The notes beneath the pieces were generated by a model. It saw nothing but the letters and a program-made list of their open reading frames with translations. It ran no database searches and was not told where the DNA came from. A stretch of 64,000 bases of DNA from Octopus sinensis (taxonomy: Eukaryota), in assembly GCF_006345805.1 (NCBI RefSeq), contig NC_043001.1:134106001-134170000 (forward strand), written 5' to 3'. Within the stretch, counting starts at the first letter, position 1. Each line of letters begins with the position of its first letter. Shown in pieces: positions 37,828 through 52,219 of this stretch. The position numbers and the translations under genes are program-made.

Positions 37828-38052
37828 TTAACCTTTTCGTTACCAACCCGGCTGAAACTGCCTCTGGCTCTGAGTACAAATGTCTTGTTTTCATAAGTTT
37901 TGAATTAAAATCTTCCAAACTTTAGTCACAATTTATGTTTCTATCACTGGCTTAATGATAACCAAATAATTTTACTAAATTCTTTGTTATATTTAAAGTA
38001 ATTAAAAGAAACACAGAGCATCTCAAAATAAATACAGTAACGAAAGAGTTAA
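37828..38052. mobile_element. TTAA MITE family 2
   Basis: Ends are TTAACCTTTTCGTTAC...GTAACGAAAGAGTTAA; second copy at 54168-54395. Confidence 0.85.
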
Positions 38053-38502
38053 GAGACTTCCTCAGCCAAAAGAATATTTTTCATTTAAATCCTTTTTCTT
38101 TGTTTGAAGTGAAACAAAAACCAAAACAAAAAAAGTAAAAATAGTGGCAATTGCTAAAATTTTGAAGATATTTCCAAAGATAATTTTACTAAAATTTTCT
38201 CCATTTTTTTTTTTTCCAAAATTGAATATCATTAGAAAAAGTAAAACCACAAAAATTCTATGAATCACCCAAATTTGAGATGATAGGAAGCTGGTTTACT
38301 TAGCATTAGTAAATATCTGAAACTTTGTGGTGGGGTCTAAAAATAAGGAACAGAGAATGATCTTGTTAGTCCATGTGAAAATTAGGACGAAGGGGGTAAA
38401 ATAGTAGTGCTAGTCATAATTTATCAGAGAGTAGACAGTGTTCAGGTTTGATAAGGATGGTATCTAGCTGTAAAGACACTGGCTACAGTGGAAAAGTGGG
38501 GA

Positions 38503-38540
<38 letters not shown>

Positions 38541-38543
<3 letters not shown>

Positions 38544-38694
38544 GGCACAGGTGTGGCTGTGTGGTAAGAAGCTTGCTTCCCAACCACATGGTTCCAGGTT
38601 CAGCCCTACTGTATGGCACCTTGGGCAAGTGTCTTCTACTATAGCCTTGAGCTGACCAAAGCCTTGTGGTAGACAGAAACTGAAAGAAGTCCAT

Positions 38695-38755
<61 letters not shown>

Positions 38756-38775
38756 GACAACCAGTGTTGGTGTGT
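38541..38775 (+). mobile_element. Family A SINE cut off by a TTAA MITE
   Basis: SINE sequence stops at the MITE and does not resume after it. Confidence 0.75.
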
Positions 38776-39002
38776 TTAACCCTTTAGTATTTAAACCGGC
38801 CATATCCGGCCAAAATATTTAATCTGCCTTACATTCAAACTGACCAGATCCAGGCTCTCACACCTACCCTACAATGTTATTCTACATTAAGTAATTACAC
38901 CATCAAGATCTTGAAGATATGAGATAATGCATGATTAATTCAAATCAATGTGAATCAATAAGCATTATGTTTGATAGAATAATCTGAACACTAAAGGGTT
39001 AA
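38776..39002. mobile_element. TTAA MITE family 1
   Basis: Near-identical to 610-822. Confidence 0.9.
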
Positions 39003-39600
39003 ATCTTGGGGATGTTAGACATTATAAACAATAAATCAATAAATTAAGTACCAATACCATTTAATCATGCTAGACTTAATTAATTTTTATCAATTAGAAA
39101 CATGCTTCAGCCCCTGGACCACAGATGAGCTGTCACTTCTCACTGTCTCTTTCATCACTATTATAACAACTTCTGTCCCTTGGAGCTAACTGGTCTCCTG
39201 CCTCATCCATTCAGGCACTCCCAACCCACTTGTCTCTCTTGTTGTGTCCAACTCCACCAGCTGCACACTAACCACTATGCTCAATCCTTCTACCTCAGAA
39301 CATCATTTCTTTGGATATTTTTTCCCTGTTCATGTTTTTCTTGTAGGTGTTGGCCTGCAACATTTTAAATATAACACCAACAGCTTCAAGATCACTGGTC
39401 TTGGATGACTTACAAAGGTCATGAGTACTGCCTCTTTCTCCAAATTCAGCAAGTAAAAATAATTATATATCAATAGATGTTGTATGAGATATTCAACAAC
39501 ACTACAACCACCACTGCAGATACAATACATTCAACAATACCAACAGAGATACTAATAGAATAGAGACAACAATCCCCACATTCACTAATACGGACATTAT

Positions 39601-39915
39601 TTTTTTTTTATTTATGCACCCTTTTCAAGCCTAGCCAGGCTCATGGGCCCGGTTTCCCGGTTTTTGTGGCGTATGTGTTCCCCCAGCTGGACGGGATGCC
39701 AGTCCATCACAGCATTACTCAAGAAACAGGAAGAAAGAGTGAGAGAAAGTTGGGGCGAAAGAGTACAACAGGGATCGCCACCACTCCCTGCCAGAGCCTC
39801 GTTAAGCTTTAGGTGTTTTCGCTCAATAAACACACACAACGCCCAGTCTGGGAATCGAAACCACGATCCTCCAACCATGAGTCTGCTGCCCTAACCACTT
39901 GGCCATTGCGCCTCC
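39601..39915 (-). mobile_element. SINE with a family D head/body and a different 3' module
   Basis: 39722-39915 matches family D; 39601-39721 is unrelated to the D tail and ends in poly(A). Confidence 0.8.
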
Positions 39916-40589
39916 ACAATACAGGCATTACTGTACATATATTCTACATAATTATTATAGACTCTTCTTTGAACGTATGCCACAAGGCAACATAATAAAA
40001 GAATATAACATAACCCAAATTACACAACTGAAATAGATAACATGATCAGTTCACAACATGGATGCAAATGACTGCACTGAACTACCAAACTACTCATAAA
40101 CCATGCCCATCTCTGGTAAAACATACCCAAGCAATCGCACTGCAACTCCATACTCCATATGACAAAGCACTGCATGTGGAAGTACTCCTCAGTATGGCCC
40201 TCAACCACATTGAAGTTTGGTACATCAGGAGTAATTTGACTGACTACCTACATACTATAGCTCTGTTTAGTCAGGGCTCAACAAGGTTACACAACTACAG
40301 TCAATTTCTTTATTAACCATGAGGTTGAGAAAAAGAGGGGACGATACGAGGACAGACAAACCAAACATTGGGGGTCAGGGTATCGAATGAGACAAAATGT
40401 ATGAATAAACAAACAACTAAAATATAAACAATTAAATGAGAATGAGTGATTTACAAAAAATGAAGCGGAGGACGCAGTCGACCCCCACAGACCACATACT
40501 CACACTGAAGACTTTGCTTTCTCCTTTTTATATTCTCATTTAAACAGGTTCTTTCACTCGCAACATACTTGCTGTAGACTTCCATCAGA

Positions 40590-40932
40590 GGCATGGTTGT
40601 GGGGTTAAGAAGCTTGTTTTGCAACCATGTGGTTTCAAGTTCAGTACTACTGTACAGCACCTTGAGCAAGTTCTACTATAACCATAGAATCACCAATGCC
40701 TTGTGAGTGAATTTGGTAGACAGAAACTGCTTAGAAGCCTGTTGTCTAAATGCACATATATGTATGTTTGTGCCGGACTGTGTTTGTTATCAATCCCTAC
40801 TGCTTGACAACTGATGTTAGTTTGTTTACATCTGCATAACTTAGTAATTCAGCAAAAGAGATCAATAGAATAAAAAAAAAAAGTCCTCCAGCACTGCCTC
40901 AGTCCAATGACTGAAAAAAGTAAAAGATAAAA
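40590..40932 (+). mobile_element. Family A SINE (old)
   Basis: Diverged family match. Confidence 0.75.
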
Positions 40933-41267
40933 GAGGCAGCAATAAGTAAAGACAAAGTATGCGTTATTGATCACTCAATTGTCCATTTGGAATTCTCAGT
41001 TCAGTCACTGACACAGCATCAAGAAATCAGAACAAATAAGAGAAGCGCCAATAACAAACTGTGTCTATCACACCAACTTTATGGAACTATGAAAATGGTA
41101 TTTATTTTCAAACACTTTTGAAAATATCTGCAGGAAAAAAAAATACAAAACAAAAAACAAACAAATTTTCTCTACTGGATGTTAATCAATCATAGATAAC
41201 TTATCTGAAAATGACATTGTACCTATATACCTACTGGTAAACTGAAGTAAATTACAGTACCTACCAT

Positions 41268-41652
41268 GGATGGAAGCCCTCCGTCGGTTACGACGACGAG
41301 GGTTCCGGTTGATCCGAATCAACGGAACAGCCTGCTCGTGAAATTAACGTGTAAGTGGCTGAGCACTCCACAGACACGTGTACCCTTAACGTAGTTCTCG
41401 GGGATATTCAGCGTGACACAGAGAGTGACAAGGCCAGCCCTTTGAAATACAGGTACAACAGAAACAGGAAGTAAGAGTGAGAAAAAGTTGTGGTGAAAGG
41501 GTAAAGCAGGGATCATCACCATCCCTGCCGGAGCCTTGTGGAGCTTTAGGTGTTTTCGCTCAATAAACACTCACAACGCCCGGTCTGGGAATCGAAACTG
41601 CGATCCTACGACCACGAGTCCGCTGCCCTAACCACTGGGCCATTGCGCCTCC
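41268..41652 (-). mobile_element. SINE family D with long TSD
   Basis: ACTGAAGTAAATTACAGTACC(T/A)ACCAT at 41241-67 and 41653-79. Confidence 0.9.
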
Positions 41653-41877
41653 ACTGAAGTAAATTACAGTACCAACCATACTTGTTACTGACAACTAGGT
41701 GAACTGAGTTGACATAAAATAGTTACTTTATTCACTGATTCAACAAAATACTGGCATTTGAACCATGGAGCAAGTAATGCAATCATTCATTCAGATATTT
41801 TTACCTCTGAAACTAGAATCATTGAAGTAGGTACATGTCATATAGCAATTTCCGACAAATGGTTTCTTCTGCTCAGC

Positions 41878-42090
41878 TCATCTCAATCGAAGGAGAGGGG
41901 TTTTCTCCATCCGGGTTGCGGATCCATGGAATAAGATGCCAGACGAGATAGTGAAGATGCCAACGACCGCTCGGTTCAAAGTCTCTCTTGACCGGAAATG
42001 GCCTGAACTCTTTGTATGACCATCCTCCCTATACATAACTCCCTGTCCCCCTACATGGCCTTGCTTTTGCTTTTTGAGCCAATAAAAATT
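41878..42090 (+). mobile_element. Short CR1 LINE 3' fragment
   Basis: Aligns to 47416-47630. Confidence 0.8.
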
Positions 42091-43317
42091 GATTGATTGA
42101 AGACGTTTTGCTGTGCTCTTCTCCAGATCACATTAACAAAAGCATTGAAAAGGATACTATCATGGACAAATTATGTGACCAAATGGTTTCACTAGACAAA
42201 TATATAGATTAATGTACATTCTGATATCATTACAGATAAGCTGAGAGAGTAAAATGATGTGGGTTACAGGCACCAAACTTAAGTTTTAATTGTTCTGCAA
42301 TCAACAGGTTCAAAAGACAACAGGTTCAAAAGCATTAAGATAAACAAAAGGAAAATGGAAAAAATATCTCAAGTTTTTCTGAGTGTCTACATACAAAAGG
42401 TGAATGCAAAAAATGATGCACAAGAGCACCGTGGAAGGTTAAATATGTTTGGATTTTTCATTAGAATTGGCAAGGAATTTCATCTCAGTGGAAAGGGAAA
42501 AAGAGCTATGAGTGTATTCAACAGAAAAATTGTCTAAATGAAAGAATTTTGACGTCTTGTGGATAGTTAGGATTATCAGATTGCAAAGTGGTACATGAAC
42601 AAATTTTTAGATTATGCATTAGTGACTTGTTTTTTCTAAGTCATTGCTTATTTAGATGTTGAAACAACTATGATTACGAGCACTCAGAGAGTTACGACAG
42701 AATTCATATCTTATTTAACAAGATTAGATGCCAACCTATTTACACAGACTAATGCTAAAATCCAATAACCTTATGTGATAAGGGAAAATACTATTTTAAT
42801 CCCACATTAACATAGAGTCAGCTTTCTGAATTTTTAGAGTTTTCTTTCGGGTTTATTTTTTTGTCTTTCTTTTTCCTTACCAAAGGAATTTTACTCAAGG
42901 AAAAACAACACCCGAGCTTTACCAATGCCATAAGAATATCAGTTCCTTGCACCCGAAATGTCTCACTAGAAGAACAACTTTCTCCTTTCTCTTTCTTTTT
43001 TTAATAACATCTAACCAAAAGTTTAAACAAACCTGCTTTTCCCAAGAGAGAACATCTCAATTTCTCTTCAAAACAATTATAAGTATCCATCATGTTTCTA
43101 TTGTTCTAAGCTATAAAATAACAAAATATTTTTTCATGCTGGCACCAAAAAAAAAATTGCATCAATTGTCTGGTTTTCTATAAATTTTAATTTGTATAAC
43201 TTTTCTTTTTATTCCTTAGCTTGTTTTAGTTGTTGGACTGTAGCCATGCTGGAGGGTTTATAGTTGATTTATAGTTGATCAACTCAACCCTAGTACTTAT
43301 TTTTGCATCTAATACTT

Positions 43318-43560
43318 ACTCTTACTCTTTTACTCTTTTACTTGTTTCAGTCATTTGACTGCAGCCATGCTGGAGCACCACCTTTAGTCGAGCAAATCGA
43401 CCCCGGGACTTATTCTTTGTAAGCCCAGTACTTATTCTATCGGTCTCTTTTGCCGAACTGCTAAGTGACGGGGACGTAAACACACCACCATCGGTTGTCA
43501 AGCAATGCTAGGGGGACAAACACAGACACAAACATATAGACACACATACATATATATATA
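43318..43560 (-). mobile_element. Family A SINE, 3' half
   Basis: Tail and body present, head missing. Confidence 0.85.
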
Positions 43561-43699
43561 TATGATGCACTTGATTTTGTTTAGCTCTCAAGTCAACCTT
43601 GATTGAACAAACCCATGATCATGAGTATTCCAACCGTGACCATCCCATCTGTTTAAAAGTATCTGGTACTATATTACCCGATGAGTCTTTTTTTTCTTT

Positions 43700-44292
43700 T
43701 TAACCCCTTACCCAACAATTATTTTGAAAATAAATGTATTTTTTCAGACATATTTTTGAATTGTTTTATTTTATTATGTTTTGAATGGTGATTTCGAGGT
43801 ATATTTCAAACCTTATTTATTATGAATTTTAATTCAATAATATTGATTTTAAATTACTGCTTTGGGCAGAAACGAGTTAACCCTTTTTTTTCATAAATCA
43901 TATTACTTTTACAAAAAATCATGTTATTTTATTTGGTTATCGACATGGTGGGGTTATAATTTAAAGGTATAAAAAAAAAACAACGTAAAAACAAAGTGAA
44001 TACTTCTATTCATAAAATGTGCCTTCCAACCCTTCGACTGTCTCCAGGTGACTAAATCATACTCGGTCTTCAATGCCTTACTCAAGCGAAAGGTGGCAGA
44101 AATCGTCACTGCCAGATGTATAAAGTGAGCGAATATACTTATATATGTCAAAAAAGAGTTTATAATAGACAAAGGAAATTGTTTGCTGTCGATTTTGGAG
44201 AGTCTATCTTTTGACGAGTTAACTCGCCAGAGATAGAAAAAAATGATTCCGGTCAAAACGCATATATTCGTTTCTGCCGGGTAAGGGGTTAA
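43700..44292. mobile_element. TTAA-flanked element, family 3
   Basis: Ends are TTAACCCCTTACCC...GGGTAAGGGGTTAA (14-bp perfect inverted ends including TTAA). Confidence 0.7.
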
Positions 44293-46167
44293 AGCCGTGA
44301 GCTGTGATTTCTAGCAGGGCAAACAATCACAGAATGAGAAGAGTGATTGCTATGTTTTGTTGGTGGTGGTGTGGTAATAGTGAAGGGAGTGCTTTCTTAT
44401 GATACCTATCAATACACCTCCAATTAAAAGTTCTCTAAAGACCAAGAACTGTCTGTAGAAGGAATTGACTTGATTGTCAAAAAGTCAAAGCAAACTCAAA
44501 CTTGAAGTTCTCATAAGTGAAGTTGGGTGGAAAATGAAATATGATGAATATAATATAAACATGAAATATGATGAATATTACACATTTATTACATATGAAT
44601 GTGTTATACATAGTACTATTATGAATATAAATATTACACATATGTACAAATATTATGTACGAAGAGACAGCACCAGTAGCTGTAGAGTTATTACACATCT
44701 GTTATATATGAATGTGTAATATACAACACCAGTATTTAAATAGAGATATATGTAAATATTATGCAATAGATGAATGTCAACATCTGAAAATGATAATAAT
44801 GGTTGGGTTATTATATATTTATCAAAACTAGAGTTGTTGAAAGTTATCATTAAAAGAAATTTAAAACAACATAGAATGGAGGCCTATAAATGAAGATTGA
44901 CTGATTAACTACAGGTGTTTAGAGTTTACGTAGAAATACAACTGATGTCCCTCAGAACACTTCCTGGACAGTATAATCTAGCATCATGAAGGCAGCAGGA
45001 AAACTGCTATGATTCCAGAAAGATATTTTCTATAAGAAGAGGTGTTCCAATCTTTTGAGGAATTATCACTAACACACCTTTGGCTTAGATTACACAAACA
45101 TTATCTCAAGATTTTTCTAATTAAAGGAAGTTTTGATTAATTTGGTATTATATTGAAAATAGAAGGTGCTAATCTAAATTTCAAACTGAGGCTTAATTTT
45201 CTAGCAAATTCACTAAGTAGCAACAAGGAGATTAGAAATACCATACATGTGAAAATATACACTTTGAATCAAATTACTGTTTTGCTTTACCACATTAAAT
45301 TCTGATGAATAATTTTCTCATTATAGAGAACAACCTCCCTTGTTACATCAAAACACACATTTTTTTTTTCTCACTATAAGATTAAAATTTCATCAAAGCA
45401 TCTTACTTGCTGTTGATTTAGAGTTCTGGATTTGACATGAGTGCCAAATTTCACTCCAACCATTCGTTGCTTCCTTGATTAAGGCAGCTAACTCTGCTCA
45501 CCTTAGGCTATCTGACTAAGTATTCAATCTACATTGTAGATGTAGCTAGTCTGCTTTAGTGAACATTGAAATATTTAAGACTTAAAATATATAGTTTCTA
45601 TGCTCAAAGAGTGGGAAGAAAATTTGTTGACTATCCATTGTACTTTAGTAACAACCTACATTTTCTTCCTGGATAAAATTCAAGATCTGTTACTTACCTA
45701 TGTTAACTATTCAGGTGTGTTGCCTATCTTAGCTAATAATCTAAGTGAACTATCAGTATAGGTGTGTTACCTGCGTTAATAGGTGAGTGAACTACCTATG
45801 TGTAAACTGTGATGCCACTTAAATGAGTAAACTGCCAGGTGTGTTACTTATGTCATCTCATAATGCAAGTGAGCTATGTGTTATCTATTCTAGGTAATAA
45901 CTTGAGTTAAGCATATAACTTAAATAATTAAGAGAGAAGTCATACATGTATGTATGGGTGAATGTGCAGAATGATGATATTCCATGGTTTTGTTTGTTGC
46001 TACCTGAGCAAAACAGGGATATGATGTCAATGTGGAATAAAAAAAATAAAAACATAAAACTTACTGAAACAACTAAGAGTTGATGATAGGAAGACCGTTC
46101 CATCATCCTGTTTCAAGTAAATTCCAACCCAACCAATAACAATATGGAAAAAAAAACAGACATGAAA

Positions 46168-46378
46168 TGAATCATCATCATCATCATCGTTTAACATCCG
46201 CTTTCCATGCTAGCATGGGTTGGACGATTTTGACTGAGGGCTGGTGAACCAGATGGTTGCACCAGGCTCCAATCTTGATTTGGCAGAGTTTCTACAGCTG
46301 GATGCCCTTCCTAATGCCAACCACTCCGAGAGTGTAGAGGGTGCTTTTTACGTGCCACCGGCACAGGGGCCAGTCAGA
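46168..46378 (-). mobile_element. Family B RTE-tail element (short)
   Basis: (CAT)n plus family match. Confidence 0.85.
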
Positions 46379-47146
46379 CGATGAAGTCAATAAAGGTTTC
46401 CATGGATGTCCAACTTGCTAAAAAACAACAGCTAAATCTCCTTTAAACCACAACACACTGTCTAATCAAAGGAAGGATATTTTGGGTAATGTGGTTTCAG
46501 ACATAGTTTGAACTTTTGAAGGAATGGTCATAGTCGGAACACCTCTGATTATGAGTATGTCAAGTCAAAGAGTTGATCTGGAACTAAACAACAATAATTA
46601 AGGGAAACTACAAAAGGGAAATGTTTATGGTTTTCAATGAGAAATTTGGCTATGTTCAGGTTTAGTAACAATTAGAACTAGCAGTTTAGTATACAAGCTG
46701 ATCACAGAGGAAGCTTTAATGTGTTCTCTCAAACTGCAATAAATAGCAACCAAATCTTTCAAATCACAGCTAATTGTCTTAAAAAAAAAAGGCACCTTGG
46801 ATAATGTAGTCCAATATATACTGTATCTGATGGAAAGATGAGATGGTTACAGCTGGAACGCTATTGTTCACAGATTGTCACGATTACAGTTGACTGTGGG
46901 CTGAACAACTATAACAACAAACCAACTTAATTCAATCACAGTATTTACAGAGAGTATATTCCTTTGCTAACCTCAGCATTTGACCTCTGAATAGACATTA
47001 TTGTTGACCCCAACCCCACCCCACGATACTCTTCTCATTATGGAACCCAATATTAACTTACATACTGACATTATTGTTGACCTCACTACTGACCTCAGTA
47101 TCAAACCCCTCCATATTAATTTGGTTACTATTCTAAATACTTATCT

Positions 47147-47645
47147 TCTCCTTATCTCCTCAAAGACATACAGCATCTCGAAAGAGTCCAGAAGCTGGCT
47201 ACCCGCATGGTTCATGGTCTCAAAAATTTGTCTTATGAAGAAAGGCTGAGGACGCTCGACCTTTATTCTCTAGAAAAATGCCACCGCCGTGGTGATCTCA
47301 TTCTCGCCCACAACATCATAAGCGGAAAGTGTAACCTCTCGAAAGAGCTGATCTTCACTCCTGCTCCAGAGCGTCGGCTGCGGGGTCATTCCGAAAAGCT
47401 CTACCTGCGACGATTTCATCTCAATTGAAGGAGAGGAGCTTTCTCCGTCCGGGTTGCGGATCCGTGGAACGAGCTGCCAGACGAGATGCTGAAGATGCCA
47501 ACGACCGCTTTGTTCAAAGTCTCCCTTGACCTCAAGTGGCCTGAACTCTTTACATGAACACCACCCTGTACATAACTCCATGTCCCCCTACATGGCCTTG
47601 CTATTTGCTTTTGAGTCAAAAATTAACTAACTAACTAACTAACTA
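47147..47645 (+). mobile_element. 5'-truncated CR1-clade LINE
   Basis: Translates as SPYLLKDIQHLERVQKLATRMVHGLKNLSYEERLRTLDLYSLE...RRGDLI...RLRGH...FSVRVADPWNELP; premature TGA at 47426-28 where the 41878 copy has CGA; (TAAC)n tail. Confidence 0.92.
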
Positions 47646-48050
47646 CTCACTTCATTTCCATCACTGATCTCAATATTGATCTAACTACTGACCTCAGTCC
47701 TATTTTCACAGCAACAAATGATATTCAGTTGTAAAACAGCAGTTCCAAGAATTACATAAAAATCAGACAATATCACTTTCGGAAGTTTCCTCACCAGCAT
47801 CACCAATCTTTGGAAAATAATGAAATGAAACACAAATTTCTCACAAGTCAACACAAGTCAACTTGCTAAGAAATAATAAATACCAGACACAGAGATTAAT
47901 GTCAGATTAAAGTCAGCAGTAAGTCAATCTGAACAGTACATATTAAAGATAGAATTGTATTCTTAACCATACTTATGACAACCCCTAGGCACTGCAGGGC
48001 CACTTTACAAACAGTAGAAGTAAATAACAAAACAAACATAATCATAATTC

Positions 48051-48217
<167 letters not shown>

Positions 48218-48837
48218 GAACCCAGTAAAGTAGCTGTTTTATTTATTTATCATTTCCGATTGTGAAGGAGGACAAAAATTTCTGTTACCACTTCCACCAC
48301 AAATGGAAGTGGTAAAAGAAATTATTTCTTCAGAGATACAAGTTTAGCAATCCTTTTATTCCTAAGTCATAAAGTATTCCAAAAGTGGTAGAGCAGACAA
48401 GATGAATGTCAATGACTTTACAATTCCAGCATAAGAAAAAATGTTTACACTAGAAATTACTAGATCAGTAAGTTGGTCTGACAATACCAATTGCCATTAA
48501 ATTGAATTCACTTGTCTCAAAACAATTAACTACTACAAACCCCATCCCTTTAATGTTCCCTTTGTTCTTTCTCATCCCTTATTCTTCTCCCTTTGTTTCC
48601 ATACATCAAAGCAAAACAATGACTTCTTTCTCACCCTCCAATCCTCCACACATGCATTTCTCTCTAACTATTCTTCAGTCTCCTAAAGTGAGAATTCTTA
48701 TCCTTTAATACATTTCCATTTCTATTTGTTTGTTTGTTTGTTTGTTGTCTCTCAAACTTTTTCAGCTCCTCTGTAAAACAGTTCAAGCAAAATATCAGTC
48801 ATCCAAAAAAGTAGAAGGATTCCTCATTGCATTAAAA

Positions 48838-48870
<33 letters not shown>

Positions 48871-49529
48871 TAAAAAAAACCCTGCTTTGCTCTATATTTC
48901 TGCAAGCGAGGGAATATTCCCGAAAACAGTGGAATAATCTATGTTAGACAACTAATCTTTCAATCTGTTTCTGCAAGATCAAAAATTAAGAAGAAAAAAA
49001 GAGAAGCTGTTGGCAAAGGAAGCAGAGTGAATCCTGTCAAAGTAATGACTTTACCATTATTGCAACAAGCCATCCCAAGAATGATAAATTTCATTTGTTT
49101 TGCCGTTCTTTTTATCTCTTAAAGGATTGTAAACCTAGATTCTGTAAGTTTCATTCATATCTCCTTTTAACAGCAGGAAATCTATTGTATCTCAATTAAG
49201 AAATATTTTCAAACTAAATAAAAATGATAAAAATTGAACAATTATTTTGATGTGGTTTGAAGTGATGATAAATGAAGACACTGGCTGGATGTTGGGAAAA
49301 AAAATGAGAAAGAGGAAGAGAGGGACAAACAGAGGGAGGAACAGAAAGAAACGTAGAGGGTGGGAGAGAGAGAGAGAGAGGTTCAGACAGACAGAGACAG
49401 AGACAAATAGAAAGATATTACTGGAGATAGACATATCACAGTAGATATATAGATAATACAGGAGATATTGCAGACAGCTACACACACACACACATTACAG
49501 TTAATGGATATTATAGTAGATAGATTTCT

Positions 49530-49754
49530 GAGCTGGCAGAAACGTTAGCACGCCGGGCGAAATGCGTAGCCGTATTTCGTCTGCCGTTACGTTCCGAGTT
49601 CTAATTCCGCCGAGGTCGACTTTGCCTTTCATCCTTTCAGGGTTGATAAATTAAGTACCAGTTATGCACTGGGATCGATCTAATCGACTTAATCCGTTTG
49701 TCTGTCCTTGTTTGTCCCCTCTGTGTTTAGCCCCTTGTGGGTAGTAAAGAAATA
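49530..49754 (+). mobile_element. SINE family C (young)
   Basis: Reverse complement match to 31273-31503. Confidence 0.9.
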
Positions 49755-49756
49755 GA

Positions 49757-50172
49757 TATAGGCGCAGGAATGGCTGTGTGGTAAGTAGCTTGCTAACCAA
49801 TCACATGGTTCCGGGTTCAGTCCCACTGCGTGGCATCTTAGGCAAGTGTCTTCTGTTATAGCCCCGGGCGGACCAATGCCTTGTGAGTGGATTTGGTAGA
49901 CGGAAACTGAAAGAAGCCTGTCGTATATATGTATATATATATGTATGTGTGTGTGTTTGTGTGTCTGTGTTTGGCCCCCTAGCATTGCTTGACAACCTTT
50001 GCTGGTGTGTTTACGTCCCCGTCACTTAGCGGTTCGGCAAAAAGAGACCGATAGAATAAGTACTGGGCTTATGAAGAATAAGTCCCAGGGTCGATTTGCT
50101 CGACTAAAGGTGGTGCTCCAGCATGGCCGCAGTCAAATGACTGAAACAAGTAAAAGAGTAAAAGAGTAAAGA
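49757..50172 (+). mobile_element. Family A SINE inserted at the tail of the family C copy
   Basis: Full-length family match. Confidence 0.9.
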
Positions 50173-52219
50173 GAATAGTAGATAGACAAACAGATATTAC
50201 AGTAGACAAATATCCATGATGAATACTACATGTGTAGCTGAAAAAAAAGTATTTCTGTAATAAACTTATTTACAAATCAGAAGTAACTTAAGATCAAATT
50301 ACATTGCTCATTTGATCTTCCATCAACAGAGCTAGAGCGGAAAATATCTTAGATAGTGAATGGTACACAGGTGTGTTTAAATAATGGAAAAAACTGTTGA
50401 TTGAAACTAATTTTACAACCACTCCTGTTTATATCACCTGTATCTTGTATAAGCATCATGCTTTCGGTCATTTACCCCCAACCCTTAAGTGTTTAGATGC
50501 TTGCAAAACCTTGCCTCTCACTGGATCAAATTTGATGTTTAACACTTTGAAATAACTAGGACACTATACTGCAACTTAATGGAACCATTATCTGTTGCTA
50601 CAGGAAATGTCTAGATTTAGACTGAAGTTGGTAGAACCACAGGAAAAAGTTATTCATTCGTTTTCATTTAAAAGATATATAATATTTTTGCATTTAATTA
50701 CCAAATAGAATACTTAATTTTTTAAATCCTGAAATTAAAACATCCATTTCCAGACTCTCCTGCTATGAATTTATCCTAACAACTGAGTAAGTGTAAACTG
50801 TGGCAGTTCTTATCACCATCATGAAGTAAACATTAAAATCTTATATTTTGTATGCAGGCACTGGGGAGTGGTATTTATTTTTGTTTCTTTCAAATGGGTT
50901 AACAGGAAAGGACTGTGACTATGACCGACTGAAATCAACATGGTTGATGTTTTTTCTTGAATAACTGCAATTTGATAGCTGCAAGAAAACTATGGGAAAG
51001 CGGAGGTGGAGTTCCAGGGGGATAACATTTTAGAGAGAAATGACTGGGCAGAGTGTTTAAGCATGAGACAAGAGGGGTGACAAAAGATGAAAAGTAAATC
51101 AGATAACTTGATGGAAGAGACACAAGACCTGCTAACTCTAGGTGCAGTGGCTACAGTAGTAGTAGAAGCAGATTAGGTAGACAACACATCTCTGGACAGG
51201 CAGATGGAGTGTGCTGGTGGATGACTCCATGCTAATCAATCAAGAAGCCTTTTGGTGGGAGACTGTGACCCTCATGACTATTGCAAATAGAATTGAGATG
51301 AAGTAGAAGCTCCCCATTTTGAAAAATTAGGCAATCAAATCTCTGATACTTTTCAAGATTTGATGTGTCATTTAAACCTATGGCCCCTGAATGGCAATGA
51401 TGTAAACATTCAAAGCTATGATCCCTTAAACAACAATGTAACATTTAAACTTACGGGCCCTTAAACAACAATGATGTGACATTTACAGCAATGATCCCTA
51501 AAATAACAATGCCCTCCTTCTTACCATGAATACTTCTTGCTTATACAAAAGTCTTTAAGCTGTCAATCCATTCAAAATCAACCTTTAATATGTTCCAACT
51601 GAATTATCAAACTCTTAAAGCAGTATTCATCCTTATCATCATTGTTGTTTTTATGTCTTCTTTTTCCATATGGCATGGATTAGATGGAGACTAATTGGGC
51701 TGTTTTCTATGGCTGAATGCCCATCCTGTTTCTCAACTGGTTTTCACAACTTAAAAATGCAGAGCTACAGAACATGTTTACAGAAAACAGATGAACACGA
51801 CATTACTCATTTCCTCACAACAATACCTTGCAAAGATATGCAGAATATAAACATTTAAATGCATGCACAAACACACACACACTTACATGTACATGTAACA
51901 GGCCTTCATACTATTTCTGTCTACCAATTTCACTTACAATGTATTGATCAGCCTGAGGACATAATAGAAGACACAGCCATGCTTATAATAGACATTTACC
52001 ACTATGTACCTTTCTCTCCACCTTTCTCTCCACTTGTATTTAACTTCACTAATGGCTTAGTTAAAGGAGAAAAGGTAGACAATGCACATGACATGTTTTA
52101 GGGTCTCTGAGAGTGGTGGGTGATAGAGAAGTGGAAGCTGTTGACTAAGATATCAAGTTAACATCAGGCCAGAGACCAAACTTGAATATTTACAAAGCTT
52201 GGGCTCTCTCTGTTGAAGA

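Noticed and set aside
48285-48315. Perfect 12-bp hairpin TTACCACTTCCA/TGGAAGTGGTAA
   Set aside because: Isolated, too short for a pre-miRNA, with no second copy; compatible with chance or a tiny MITE relic.
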